Origin: Candidatus Micrarchaeia archaeon
GTDB lineage: Archaea; Micrarchaeota; Micrarchaeia; Anstonellales; J096
Length of the DNA stretch: 64,000 nt
Direction of reading: 5' to 3'
Assembly: GCA_041500405.1 (NCBI GenBank)
Contig: JBGQMB010000001.1
Coordinates: 9,490 to 73,489 of the forward strand
The translations under genes were made by a program, and so were the position numbers. Under the pieces are notes generated by a model. It was not told the origin of the DNA, made no database searches, and saw only the letters and a list, made by a program, of their open reading frames with translations. Of this stretch, positions 53,712-62,379 are shown piece after piece (within the stretch, counting starts at the first letter, position 1; the number at the start of each line of letters is the position of its first letter).

Positions 53712-54463
53712 ACCACACGATGATAGTGGTCAGGAAGAAGCTGCCGGAGCAGCTCAACAAGCCAGTGCTTCTTGTCGGGTTGCCCGGAGTGGGATTCATA
53801 GGCCGCGTTGTTGCCAAGTACATGATAAGCAAGCTCAACGGCGAGCGTTTCGCCGATGTCTATTCGCCGTATTTCCCGCCGCATGCGATAATGGCGCGGA
53901 GCGGCGTGCTGAGGCTCATAAAGGACTCATTATACCTGGTCAAGACCAAGAATGCGGACGTAATCGTGCTTTACGGGGAGACGCAGGCGCTCAGCACGGA
54001 AGGGCATTATGAGTTTGCCTCAAGGATGCTGCATTTCTGCGAAGTCCATAAAATCAAGGAGATCATAACAGTAGGCGGATACGCGACAGGCAAGCTGATA
54101 AAGGAGCCGAGGATTTTCGGCGCAGCCAACTCAAAGGCGTACGTTGAAGCGCTCAAGAAAAAGGGGATATCGTTCGGGGACTCGTTCGGGGCGATAGCCG
54201 GCATATCCGGCCTGCTTCCGGCGATGGCAAAGTCGGTGAGGATACCGGCGGTGTGCCTGATGGGCGAGACGCACGGCGGGTTCGTCGACGCGGTCGCGTC
54301 AAGCAAGATTTTGGAGTTCATTTCATCCTATTTCGAGACAAAGATAGACATGGCGGAGATTGACAAGGCCGTGAAGATAAACGAGGACGTCATAAAGAAG
54401 GTTGAAACCGAGATAAAGAAGCAGATGTCCGAAAGCGCGACCAAGCCAAGCTACATCAGGTGA
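53708..54463 (+). CDS. PAC2-family (proteasome assembly chaperone-like) protein
   Basis: 251 aa. PVLLVGLPGVGFIGRVVAKYM N-terminal Gly-rich strand and overall pattern of the PAC2/COG1938 family. Occupies the superoperon slot that often holds the proteasome alpha subunit. Confidence 0.55.
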   Translation: MNHTMIVVRKKLPEQLNKPVLLVGLPGVGFIGRVVAKYMISKLNGERFADVYSPYFPPHAIMARSGVLRLIKDSLYLVKTKNADVIVLYGETQALSTEGHYEFASRMLHFCEVHKIKEIITVGGYATGKLIKEPRIFGAANSKAYVEALKKKGISFGDSFGAIAGISGLLPAMAKSVRIPAVCLMGETHGGFVDAVASSKILEFISSYFETKIDMAEIDKAVKINEDVIKKVETEIKKQMSESATKPSYIR

Positions 54464-54476
54464 TTTTACGGTATCA

Positions 54477-55166
54477 ATGGACAAGGCGATAATAGGCAGG
54501 ATAGTCAGGAACGGCGAGAAGTTCGAGCTTTTCCTTGACCCGGACAACGCCTATGCGTACATAGAGAAGAAAAAGCCGGATTTAAAGAACATCTTGGTCA
54601 GCGAGGATGTCTTCAAGGACGCGAAAAAAGGCGACAGGCAGGGGCCGATGGCGATAAAGAAGGCGTTTGGGACAGAGGACATTTACGTCATACTGAAGGA
54701 AGTTTTCGACAAGGGAGAGGTTCAGTTAACGACGGAACAGAAGCACAGGATGGCAGAGGAAAAGAAGCAGCTCATAGTCGCAATGATAACAAGGGAGGCC
54801 ATCGACGCAAGGACAGGGGCGCCGATACCGGACAAGAGGATTGAGCTGGCCATGGAGGAAGTGAGGTTCCACGTGGACCCGTTCGTGCCTGCGAAGGACC
54901 AGATGGACAGTTTGGTCAAGCAGCTCAGGCTCAAGATACCCATAAAGTTCGAAAAGGTGAAGCTGGACGTCAGGATACCGGCGGCGCATGCGTCGAAGGC
55001 GTATGGCGTTTTAAAACACTATGGTCTAAAAAGGGAGGAATGGACCCAGTCCGGCGACTTCGTAGGATTGCTGGAAATACCGGCGGGCATGCAGGCGGAA
55101 GTCATAGACAAGCTGAACAAGGCCACGTCCGGAGAGGTCCAAATCAAGGTTGAAAAATCACAGTGA
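54477..55166 (+). CDS. sdo1: SBDS-family ribosome maturation protein
   Basis: 229 aa. N-terminal FYSH-domain pattern IIGRIVRNGEKFELFLDPDNAYAY, then the characteristic helical and ferredoxin-like C-terminal domains. Confidence 0.8.
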   Translation: MDKAIIGRIVRNGEKFELFLDPDNAYAYIEKKKPDLKNILVSEDVFKDAKKGDRQGPMAIKKAFGTEDIYVILKEVFDKGEVQLTTEQKHRMAEEKKQLIVAMITREAIDARTGAPIPDKRIELAMEEVRFHVDPFVPAKDQMDSLVKQLRLKIPIKFEKVKLDVRIPAAHASKAYGVLKHYGLKREEWTQSGDFVGLLEIPAGMQAEVIDKLNKATSGEVQIKVEKSQ

Positions 55167-55187
55167 TGCTTAAAGAGGTGCATTTGA

Positions 55188-55811
55188 ATGAAGGAGATAT
55201 ATCTGCCGGGCGACAAGCTGCCGGCTTCCGTGCGCGTTTCGAGGCTGAACCAGAACGCGGTCAGGAGGCAGGGCAACGTGCTGTACGCCACGGTCGTGGG
55301 TTCAGTCAGCGACGAGATGTTCATGCCGTTTGAGATGGTGTACATCCCGAAGGAGGGGGACTCCATAGTCGGCATAGTGACAGGCAAGAGGAACGTCGGC
55401 TATTTCGTGGACACCGGAACGGCTTATGAGGGCCTGATACTGTCAAGGGAGACAAGGATAGAGCTTAGCATAGGCGACATCGTGTGCGGAAAGGTCGACA
55501 GGGTGGAGGACGAGGACACCATCATAGTGTCGCACGCGAAACAGCTTGAGGTTGGCCGGGTCCTTGACCTGCCGCCGTCCAAGATACCGAGGATAATCGG
55601 CAAGGAGGCGAGCATGATAAACCTGATAAAGAGCCACACCGGAGTGGACATATTCGTAGGCGCAAACGGCTACGTCTGGATAAGCTCAAAGGGAAAGCTC
55701 AACAAGGCAATCCAGGCAATGACCACAATAGTCAACAAGGCCCATATGGAAGGGCTTACTGACGAGATAACAAAATTCCTCGAACAGGGTGAAACTCATG
55801 GGAACGCATAA
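55188..55811 (+). CDS. rrp4: exosome RNA-binding subunit Rrp4 (S1 plus KH)
   Basis: S1 region GDIVCGKV and KH motif IPRIIGKEASMINLIKSHTGVDIFVGANGYVWI. 207 aa. Confidence 0.75.
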   Translation: MKEIYLPGDKLPASVRVSRLNQNAVRRQGNVLYATVVGSVSDEMFMPFEMVYIPKEGDSIVGIVTGKRNVGYFVDTGTAYEGLILSRETRIELSIGDIVCGKVDRVEDEDTIIVSHAKQLEVGRVLDLPPSKIPRIIGKEASMINLIKSHTGVDIFVGANGYVWISSKGKLNKAIQAMTTIVNKAHMEGLTDEITKFLEQGETHGNA

Positions 55812-56544
55812 TCCAAACCTGAAGCTCATAGCAGCTGACGGAAAAAGGCTGGACGGAAGGACAGCCAACCAGCTTAGGAACATACGCATAGACGTCGGCG
55901 TCCTTGAGGGCGCGGTCGGCTCGGCATATGTGGAGTGGGGCGACAACAAGGTCATCGCCGGAGTATATGGCCCAAGGGAAGTTTTTCCAAAGTTCTTCGC
56001 AAAGGCGGACAGGGCCATTGTAAGGACAATCTACTCAATGTCAACGTTTGCGTCCTTGGAGGAGCACGGCAGGGCCGGCCCAAACAGGAGGAGCAACGAG
56101 ATTTCCATGGTTCTTGCCGAGGCGTTCGAGAACGTGGTCATGATAGAGAAGTTCCCGACAAAGATGATTGACACGCACATAACGGTCCTCCAGGCCGCGG
56201 CAGGGACAAGGATAGCCGCGTTCCTGGCAGGCGTTGCGGCGCTCATAGACGGCGGATTCCCGATGAATGACATCGCGGCCGGCGTTTCAGTCGGAAAGGC
56301 GGACGGGGCGCTTGTGGTTGACCTCAACAAGGAGGAGGACAACTTCGGGCAGGCGGACATGCCTATTGTGTTCTCAGGCTCTGACGACATTTTGCTGCTC
56401 CAGATGGACGGCAAGATGACAAGGGAGGAAATAAAGGAGGGCCTGGACCTGACAAACGAGGCGTCCAAGGCCATAATGGGCATGATAAGGAAAGCGGTTG
56501 GAGCCAAGTATGAAGGCGCGATATCCAACAAGCTCAACCTTTGA
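55789..56544 (+). CDS. rrp41: exosome complex exonuclease Rrp41 (RNase PH-like, catalytic)
   Basis: RLDGRTANQLRNIRIDVGVLEGAVGSAYVEWGDNKVIAGVYGPRE RNase PH domain 1 signature. 251 aa. Confidence 0.9.
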   Translation: MKLMGTHNPNLKLIAADGKRLDGRTANQLRNIRIDVGVLEGAVGSAYVEWGDNKVIAGVYGPREVFPKFFAKADRAIVRTIYSMSTFASLEEHGRAGPNRRSNEISMVLAEAFENVVMIEKFPTKMIDTHITVLQAAAGTRIAAFLAGVAALIDGGFPMNDIAAGVSVGKADGALVVDLNKEEDNFGQADMPIVFSGSDDILLLQMDGKMTREEIKEGLDLTNEASKAIMGMIRKAVGAKYEGAISNKLNL

Positions 56545-56554
56545 GGCGATATTC

Positions 56555-57349
56555 ATGGTAAAAGAAAGCGTTTTGAAAAGGATGAGAAGGGAATTCCAGA
56601 TAGATGTCCTTGAAAGCGGCGTTAGACCTGACGGAAGGGGCTTCCGCGACTACAGGGACATCAAGGTCACGACAAATGTCATAGGAAGCGCCGAAGGGTC
56701 GGCGCTTGCGCAGATCGGCAACACGAAAGTGCTGGCCGGCGTCAAGCTCGGGATGCTGACGCCGTTCCCGGACGAGCCGAACAAGGGCGTCATGATGGTT
56801 GGGGCGGAGCTTCTGCCGATGGCGTCGCCGACATTCGAGCCCGGGCCCCCTGACGAAAGGAGCATTGAGTTCAGCAGGGTGGTTGACAGGGGAATAAGGA
56901 GCGCGGAAATAGTTGACATGAGCAAGCTCTTTGTCGAGGAAGGCAAGGTCCTTGGCCTTTTTATCGACCTTTATGTGCTTGACTACGACGGCAACCTGTT
57001 TGACACCGGAACGCTGGCGGCGGTCGCGGCACTGAAGAACACGAAAATGCCGAAGATAGAGAACGGCGCGATAGTGAGGGGGGAATACACCGGCCCGCTT
57101 GAGGTGCTCGGCTACCCGACATCGTCAACGTTCGTCAAGATAGGCAACTACATACTGATTGACCCTGAGATGCACGAGGAAGGGGCGGCCGACTCAAGGC
57201 TTACGGTAACGGTTTGCGACGACAAGGTGGTCGCGATGCAGAAAGGCGGCAACGGCGGCCTCAAAAAGGAGGAAGTGGTTAACTTAATAAACATTTCTTT
57301 CGAAAAGAGGGACACGCTGATGAAATACATCACAGGGCGAGGGTTATGA
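56555..57349 (+). CDS. rrp42: exosome subunit Rrp42 (RNase PH-like, non-catalytic)
   Basis: RPDGRGFRDYRDIKVTTNVIGSAEGSALAQIGNTKVLAGVK RNase PH fold. Start set at MVKESV (56555), preceded by GAGGCGAT SD; the track ORF starts inside rrp41. Confidence 0.8.
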   Translation: MVKESVLKRMRREFQIDVLESGVRPDGRGFRDYRDIKVTTNVIGSAEGSALAQIGNTKVLAGVKLGMLTPFPDEPNKGVMMVGAELLPMASPTFEPGPPDERSIEFSRVVDRGIRSAEIVDMSKLFVEEGKVLGLFIDLYVLDYDGNLFDTGTLAAVAALKNTKMPKIENGAIVRGEYTGPLEVLGYPTSSTFVKIGNYILIDPEMHEEGAADSRLTVTVCDDKVVAMQKGGNGGLKKEEVVNLINISFEKRDTLMKYITGRGL

Positions 57350-57579
57350 TAAACACAGTGAAGTTCGGAAGGAAGATAAGGAATTTATACAACAAGGCAT
57401 TCGAGGGCAGGAAAGAGTTCGAGTGCCCGAAGTGCGGAAAAATAGGCAAGATGAAGAAGAAATCGTTCTCGGTCTGGGAATGCAAGTCCTGCGGCGCGGT
57501 TGTCGCAGGAGGGGCGTACCAGCTTACGACGGAGGCGGGGGAAACCATGAAAAGGATCCTGACCTCAACAAAAAGGTGA
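57346..57579 (+). CDS. rpl37ae: ribosomal protein L37ae (eL43)
   Basis: C4 zinc ribbon CPKCGKIGKMKKKSFSVWECKSCGAV. 77 aa. Confidence 0.85.
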   Translation: MINTVKFGRKIRNLYNKAFEGRKEFECPKCGKIGKMKKKSFSVWECKSCGAVVAGGAYQLTTEAGETMKRILTSTKR

Positions 57580-57723
57580 ATGAAGATGCCCAATTACAGA
57601 GTATGGCTTTCAGGAGAGAAGATAGAGATAAAGGACGTAAAGAACTACACCCTGGCGCTTTCCGGCGCAAAGATACTGCTTAAGGAGAGGCCGCCGGTCG
57701 CAAAAGAGGTCTCCACGGATTGA
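57580..57723 (+). CDS. rpoP: RNA polymerase subunit P (RpoP/Rpb12-like) variant lacking all four zinc-ligand cysteines
   Basis: 47 aa, manually translated: MKMPNYRVWLSGEKIEIKDVKNYTLALSGAKILLKERPPVAKEVSTD. Aligns to the RpoP consensus YxCxxCxxxIEI...VRCPYCGSKILYKPRP with Cys replaced by V, S, L, S. Sits in the conserved position between L37ae and Brix. Confidence 0.5.
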   Translation: MKMPNYRVWLSGEKIEIKDVKNYTLALSGAKILLKERPPVAKEVSTD

Positions 57724-58166
57724 TTCTTCTAACAACCTCCCTTAATCCAACAAAAGGCGCAAGGTCCCTTGCAAGGGGCCTTTCAAACTCCATTTTTGGC
57801 TTCTATATGAACAGGGGCAGCGCCACATTTGAGCGCGTGATGCGGAAAGCAGCGTCTTTAGGATGCGCCAAAGCGGCGTTCGTGTTTTCCGGCAATGGAA
57901 AGGCGTCAAGGATAAGGTTCGCCTCGCTGGACAACGGGTGGGCGTGGGACAGGGAGGAGTTCGTTGTCAGCAGGCATCCGCAGTCTTCCGTGGAACGCAA
58001 AAACGGCGAGGCTGCTTCAAGGTCAAAGAAGCTGAAAAGCGCCTTCGGGCTTTCCGGCCCGGCAGCGGACGCGGACAGGGTTCTGTCATATTCTGGAAAA
58101 AAACTTTCAATAAAGGAAGGAAAAAAAGAGGTGTTTTGGGTTGAAGGGCATTTCTCTAAGCGCTGA
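57720..58166 (+). CDS. Brix-domain (Imp4-like) ribosome biogenesis protein
   Basis: ILLTTSLNPTKGARSLARGLSNSIFGFYMNRG matches the archaeal Brix N-terminus (ITTSRKPS..TR.F...L). 148 aa. Apparent TTG start at 57720. Confidence 0.65.
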   Translation: MILLTTSLNPTKGARSLARGLSNSIFGFYMNRGSATFERVMRKAASLGCAKAAFVFSGNGKASRIRFASLDNGWAWDREEFVVSRHPQSSVERKNGEAASRSKKLKSAFGLSGPAADADRVLSYSGKKLSIKEGKKEVFWVEGHFSKR

Positions 58167-58377
58167 GATAAGGGTAAATGGGGACATGAAGACGCTGGCT
58201 GCGATGAAGGCCGCGCTGCTCGAGTCCAAGGACGCAAGGATATGTGGAAGCGTTTCGCTGAAAAAATCGCTTGTGATAACCGTTGAATCGCCGGATGCGA
58301 CGGCGTTGAGGGCAGGTTTAAATACATATCTAAGGATATTGCAATCAGTCGAGGATATTTCAAAAGGTGATTATTGA
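58141..58377 (+). CDS. small protein in the Pcc1 (KEOPS subunit) slot, Pcc1-like
   Basis: 78 aa. ISLSAEIRVNGD...SLVITVESPDATALRAGLNTYLRILQSVEDI is compatible with the Pcc1 beta-alpha fold. Position between Brix and prefoldin beta is where Pcc1 is commonly found. Not verified. Confidence 0.4.
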   Translation: MKGISLSAEIRVNGDMKTLAAMKAALLESKDARICGSVSLKKSLVITVESPDATALRAGLNTYLRILQSVEDISKGDY

Positions 58378-58718
58378 TGGCATCAGCAGACATAGAAGAA
58401 AAGGTAATAGAGTTCCAGAAAATGGAGAAGCAGCTCGAGATGTACATGGGGCAAAGGTACCAGTTCGAGATGCAGCTTGCGGAGACGAATGCGGCAACGG
58501 AAGAGATATCCAAGCTTGCGGAATCTGCGGAAATATACAAGTCAACGGGCGGCTTCTTCGTGAAGGTGGCAAAGGCTCCTGCGCTTGAGGAGCTCAACTC
58601 AAGGAAAACGCTGCTTGAAAGCAGGTCCAAGATGTTCAGGGAGCAGGAGGAGAAGCTCAAGGTGAGCCTGACGAGACTTGGAAAAAGCCTTGAGGAAGAG
58701 ATGAAGGGCGCAAAGTGA
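58374..58718 (+). CDS. pfdB: prefoldin beta subunit
   Basis: 114 aa coiled-coil, beta-hairpin, coiled-coil: EKQLEMYMGQRYQFEMQLAE...YKSTGGFFVKV...LESRSKMFREQEEKLK. Confidence 0.7.
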   Translation: MMASADIEEKVIEFQKMEKQLEMYMGQRYQFEMQLAETNAATEEISKLAESAEIYKSTGGFFVKVAKAPALEELNSRKTLLESRSKMFREQEEKLKVSLTRLGKSLEEEMKGAK

Positions 58719-59690
58719 ATGGACGACTTTGGCGCGTTCTTCCGGAAATACGGGAACTCGAAGCTCGCGTTTGTCGCGCATTCAAGGGCGGACATTGACA
58801 GCATAGCGTCCGCGCACGTCCTAAGGAAAAGGTTCAGGAACAGCGTCCTGCTGGTCCCAAACGACACAACATATTCCGCAGGAAAGCTCATTGAAACGTT
58901 CGGGATAAGGTTCGAGACGCTTGAGACTGTAAACATCAAGGATTTCGAGGCCGTTGTTTCGGTTGACGCGTCCAACTACGGGCTTTTCGAAATTGACAGG
59001 TCAATGAAGATAGCCGCGGTTTTCGACCACCACCAGAAGGCATACAATGGGTTCGAGGGCGAGTTCAACTATATAGACCCGAATGCAAAATCCACTGCTG
59101 AAATAATAGCCGGCATACTGGAAAGGGAGCTGGACAAGGAGGATGCGGCCATGCTTGCAGCTGCCATAATAATGGACACGGCGAGGTTCAAGTCCGCGAA
59201 CAACGAAACATTCAGCATCCTGTTCAAGCTTATAGAAAAATCGAAGAGGGATTATTCAGAGCTTCTTTCAATCGCATACCCTCCGCTTCCGACAGACGAA
59301 AAAATAGCGATCCTCAAGGCGCTTCAAAGGGTGGAGTTCTTCGAGCACAAGGGATTCATAATCGCCCTGTCCAACGTCAACGCGAAGATAGGAGAGGCGT
59401 CATCAATGCTTTCTGATGCTGCGGATGCCGCGTTTGTCGCGCAGTTCAACGAAACTGAAAGGAAGACCATGGTTTCCGCAAGGGCAAATTCGCATTTCCC
59501 GGTTCCGCTGAACGGCATAATGTCGGAGATAGGCAAAAAATTCAAGGGCTCGGGAGGAGGCCATTTCAAGGCGTCCGGCGCATTCGGCTACGCAAAGCCA
59601 AATGAGGTGCTTGAGATGTGCCTCGGATTAGTCAAGCAGGAAATAGACAAGAAGAACCTGGATTATAGTCAGATTGTGCCGAAGAAATAA
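58719..59690 (+). CDS. DHH-family phosphoesterase (NrnA/RecJ-like)
   Basis: Motif I FVAHSRADIDSIASA, motif III VFDHHQ (DHH), DHHA1-like C-terminal GGGHFKASG. 323 aa. Confidence 0.65.
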   Translation: MDDFGAFFRKYGNSKLAFVAHSRADIDSIASAHVLRKRFRNSVLLVPNDTTYSAGKLIETFGIRFETLETVNIKDFEAVVSVDASNYGLFEIDRSMKIAAVFDHHQKAYNGFEGEFNYIDPNAKSTAEIIAGILERELDKEDAAMLAAAIIMDTARFKSANNETFSILFKLIEKSKRDYSELLSIAYPPLPTDEKIAILKALQRVEFFEHKGFIIALSNVNAKIGEASSMLSDAADAAFVAQFNETERKTMVSARANSHFPVPLNGIMSEIGKKFKGSGGGHFKASGAFGYAKPNEVLEMCLGLVKQEIDKKNLDYSQIVPKK

Positions 59691-59777
59691 TTGTCATTAA
59701 GCGGAGTTTTGTGTTGATATTCCGCTGCAGCCAGCCATCTTTTATAAACCGTTTACACAACCAACCATGTAAGTGGT

Positions 59778-61340
59778 ATGATGAACGGAACCTTCAAGGA
59801 TGTCAAAAAGGAGCTTGATGTCTACAGGCACAGGAAATACATCACGCAGGCCAAGCTGATAGACATCAGCACAGGCAAGAAGATTGTCGTGCTCAACGAC
59901 AGGGAAGCAACCGCCAACGACGTATTCGAGGGCCAGAGGGTCGAGATAAAGATAAAGGGCGCGCCGCACATAGTCGTTGTCAACCTTTCAACGCACCTTG
60001 TCAAGGAAGGCGAGATTGGCATTTATGCTGATGTTTCAAAAGGATTCACAATATCAAATGGGGACATCATAGAGATAAACCACGTGCCGCTGCCGAAAAG
60101 CATTGAAACGATAATAAAGAAAATAGGCGGCCAGCCGACCACGAAGGAGGAAACAGACGCGATAATAACGGACCTCATGGCAAACAGGCTTTCGGAGGCA
60201 GAGCTGTCCGCGTGGCTGACCGCGTGCTCGGTAAGGGGGCTTAATGACGACGAGACTGTTTCACTCACCGAATCCATGGTCGCGTCCGGGGACACGCTCA
60301 AGCTTGGCAAGTCTCCCATAGTGGACAAGCACTGCATAGGCGGGGTTGCGGGAAACAGGACCACGATGGTGCTCGTCCCGATAATCGCGTCCGCAGGCAT
60401 TTTCATACCGAAAACATCCTCAAGGGCGATAACGTCCCCTGCCGGGACAGCGGACACCATGGAGGTTTTCGCGCCCGTCAACATAAGCATGGACGAAATG
60501 AGGGAAATAGTCAAGAAAACATTCGGCGTCATAGTCTGGGGAGGCGGCATAAACATAGCGCCTGCAGACGACAAGATGATACAGCTCAGGCGCTCGCTGA
60601 GGATGGACCCGAAAGGCGTCCTTCTTGCAAGCATCCTGAGCAAGAAGAAGGCTGTCGGCTCGGAGCATGTGCTCATAGACGTGCCGCTCGGCATAAACGT
60701 CAAGATAGGCGATATGGGCGCAGCGCAGGACCTTGCAAAGGAATTCAAGACAATAGGCGCAAGGCTTGGCATGAACGTCGGCGTGATCGTGACAAACGGC
60801 TCTGAGCCCATAGGCGACGGCATGGGGCCGGTCCTTGAGGCAAAAGATGTTCTCATGGTGTTGGAGGGCAAAGGCCCTGCGGACCTTAGGGACAAGAGCC
60901 TGCTGATGGCCGGAAAGATATTCGAGCTGTGCGGCAAGGTCAGCAAGGGCGAAGGATACGACGTGGCAAAGCACTTCCTTGAATCAGGCAAGGCGCTTGC
61001 GAAGATGAAAGAGATCATAGCGGCCCAGGGAGGGGACCCGAATGTGAAATCAAGCTCATTGCCGACAGCGAAATACTCTTATATTGTCAAGGCCACGGTT
61101 GACGGAAAGATAGAGCACATAGACAACAAGTGCGTGTCCCGCATCGCAAGGGCGACGGGGGCGCCGCAGGACAAGGCCGCGGGCCTTTACCTGCACAAGG
61201 CAAAGGGCGACACCATCAAGGTGGGCGACGTGCTTTTCGAGCTTTTCGCGGAAAGCGAGGCAAACCTGGATTTTGCGCTCAAGATGGCGGAAGAGTTCAA
61301 CCCCGTTATGATGGGCAAGGTGCTGCTTGACGAGTTCTGA
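59778..61340 (+). CDS. deoA: AMP phosphorylase (archaeal DeoA-type thymidine-phosphorylase family with N-terminal extension)
   Basis: 520 aa. Pyrimidine-nucleoside phosphorylase core DKHCIGGVAGNRTTMVLVPIIASAG and TSSRAITSPAGTADTMEVF. Extra N-terminal ~100-aa domain typical of AMP phosphorylases. Confidence 0.7.
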   Translation: MMNGTFKDVKKELDVYRHRKYITQAKLIDISTGKKIVVLNDREATANDVFEGQRVEIKIKGAPHIVVVNLSTHLVKEGEIGIYADVSKGFTISNGDIIEINHVPLPKSIETIIKKIGGQPTTKEETDAIITDLMANRLSEAELSAWLTACSVRGLNDDETVSLTESMVASGDTLKLGKSPIVDKHCIGGVAGNRTTMVLVPIIASAGIFIPKTSSRAITSPAGTADTMEVFAPVNISMDEMREIVKKTFGVIVWGGGINIAPADDKMIQLRRSLRMDPKGVLLASILSKKKAVGSEHVLIDVPLGINVKIGDMGAAQDLAKEFKTIGARLGMNVGVIVTNGSEPIGDGMGPVLEAKDVLMVLEGKGPADLRDKSLLMAGKIFELCGKVSKGEGYDVAKHFLESGKALAKMKEIIAAQGGDPNVKSSSLPTAKYSYIVKATVDGKIEHIDNKCVSRIARATGAPQDKAAGLYLHKAKGDTIKVGDVLFELFAESEANLDFALKMAEEFNPVMMGKVLLDEF

Positions 61341-61383
61341 TGCACCGTCAGGTATAAAAACATCGGCCGCCCAATCGTTGCAC

Positions 61384-62379
61384 ATGGGCGTAATCTCCAT
61401 TTTCGGAAAGACCGCCTGGAAAGGCTGCAGGATAGCCCTTCCCGAGGCAGAGGACGGGCGCATTTTGGAGGCGGCCGCGGCGGCAATGAAAAAAGGGTTC
61501 GCGACGCCGGTCCTGATCGGGGACAAAAAAAAGATAAAGGCAAAGGCCACGGAGCTCGGCATCAGCATTGCCGGCATTGAGGTAATGGACACGTCCAAAG
61601 GCGTTCCGCGGAAATACGTGGACGCCTATGCGAAAATAAGGCATGTGCCTCTGCGGCTTGCCGAGCGCATCCTTTCGGAGCCCATCTTCCTTGCTGCCCT
61701 GCTTGTTAAGCAGGGGGAGTGCGATGCCATGATGGGCGGCGCCGTGTACACCTCTGCCGACGTCATAACCGCATCAGAAGGCATAATCGGCCTGAAAAAG
61801 GGCATATCCGTGCCTTCGAGCTTCTTCATAATGGAGATACCGGGATATGAAAACAAGGAGGGCGGGCTTGTGCTTTTCGCGGATTCATCGGTGAATATTG
61901 AGCCGACGGCAGAACAGCTCGCTGATGTGGCAATAACAACTGCGCAGAGCGCAGCCGAGCTGCTTGGCTGGACCCCAAGGGTGGCAATGCTGTCCTTTTC
62001 GACAAAGGGAAGCGCCATCCATCCAAGGGCGGACAAGGTCATAAAGGCAACGCAGATTGCGAACAGGAAGGCGCCGGGGCTTTTCATAGACGGCGAGCTG
62101 CAGGGCGACTCCGCGCTTGTTGAAAGCACTGCAATGAAGAAGATGGGCAAGAAGATCGGCAATGTGGCAGGAAGAGCGAACGTCCTCATATTCCCTGACT
62201 TGGATTCAGGCAACATATCATACAAGCTTGTGCAGGCCTTCGCAAAGGCGAACTGCTACGGCCCGATACTGCAGGGCTTCCTGAAACCGGTCAGCGACCT
62301 TTCAAGGGGGGCAAAGCCCGAAGACATAGCCGGCGCAATGGCAATCCTCAGCACATGGGCAGGGAGGATGAAAAGATGA
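61384..62379 (+). CDS. pta: phosphate acetyl(butyryl)transferase
   Basis: Pta core motifs LFADSSVNIEPTAEQLADVAI, MLSFSTKGSA, DSGNISYKLV, GPILQGFLKPVSDLSRG. Start set at MGVISIFGK (61384); the track ORF overlaps the previous gene. Confidence 0.75.
   Translation: MGVISIFGKTAWKGCRIALPEAEDGRILEAAAAAMKKGFATPVLIGDKKKIKAKATELGISIAGIEVMDTSKGVPRKYVDAYAKIRHVPLRLAERILSEPIFLAALLVKQGECDAMMGGAVYTSADVITASEGIIGLKKGISVPSSFFIMEIPGYENKEGGLVLFADSSVNIEPTAEQLADVAITTAQSAAELLGWTPRVAMLSFSTKGSAIHPRADKVIKATQIANRKAPGLFIDGELQGDSALVESTAMKKMGKKIGNVAGRANVLIFPDLDSGNISYKLVQAFAKANCYGPILQGFLKPVSDLSRGAKPEDIAGAMAILSTWAGRMKR

Noticed and set aside
57580-57723. Initial reading that RpoP is absent from the superoperon because the 47-aa ORF has no cysteine
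   Set aside because: Alignment shows clear RpoP homology with Cys-to-V/S/L/S substitutions, so it was called as a Cys-less RpoP variant.
60023-61018. 331-aa minus ORF inside the AMP phosphorylase gene
   Set aside because: Ser/Pro/Thr-rich antisense frame. The plus frame has pyrimidine-nucleoside phosphorylase motifs.
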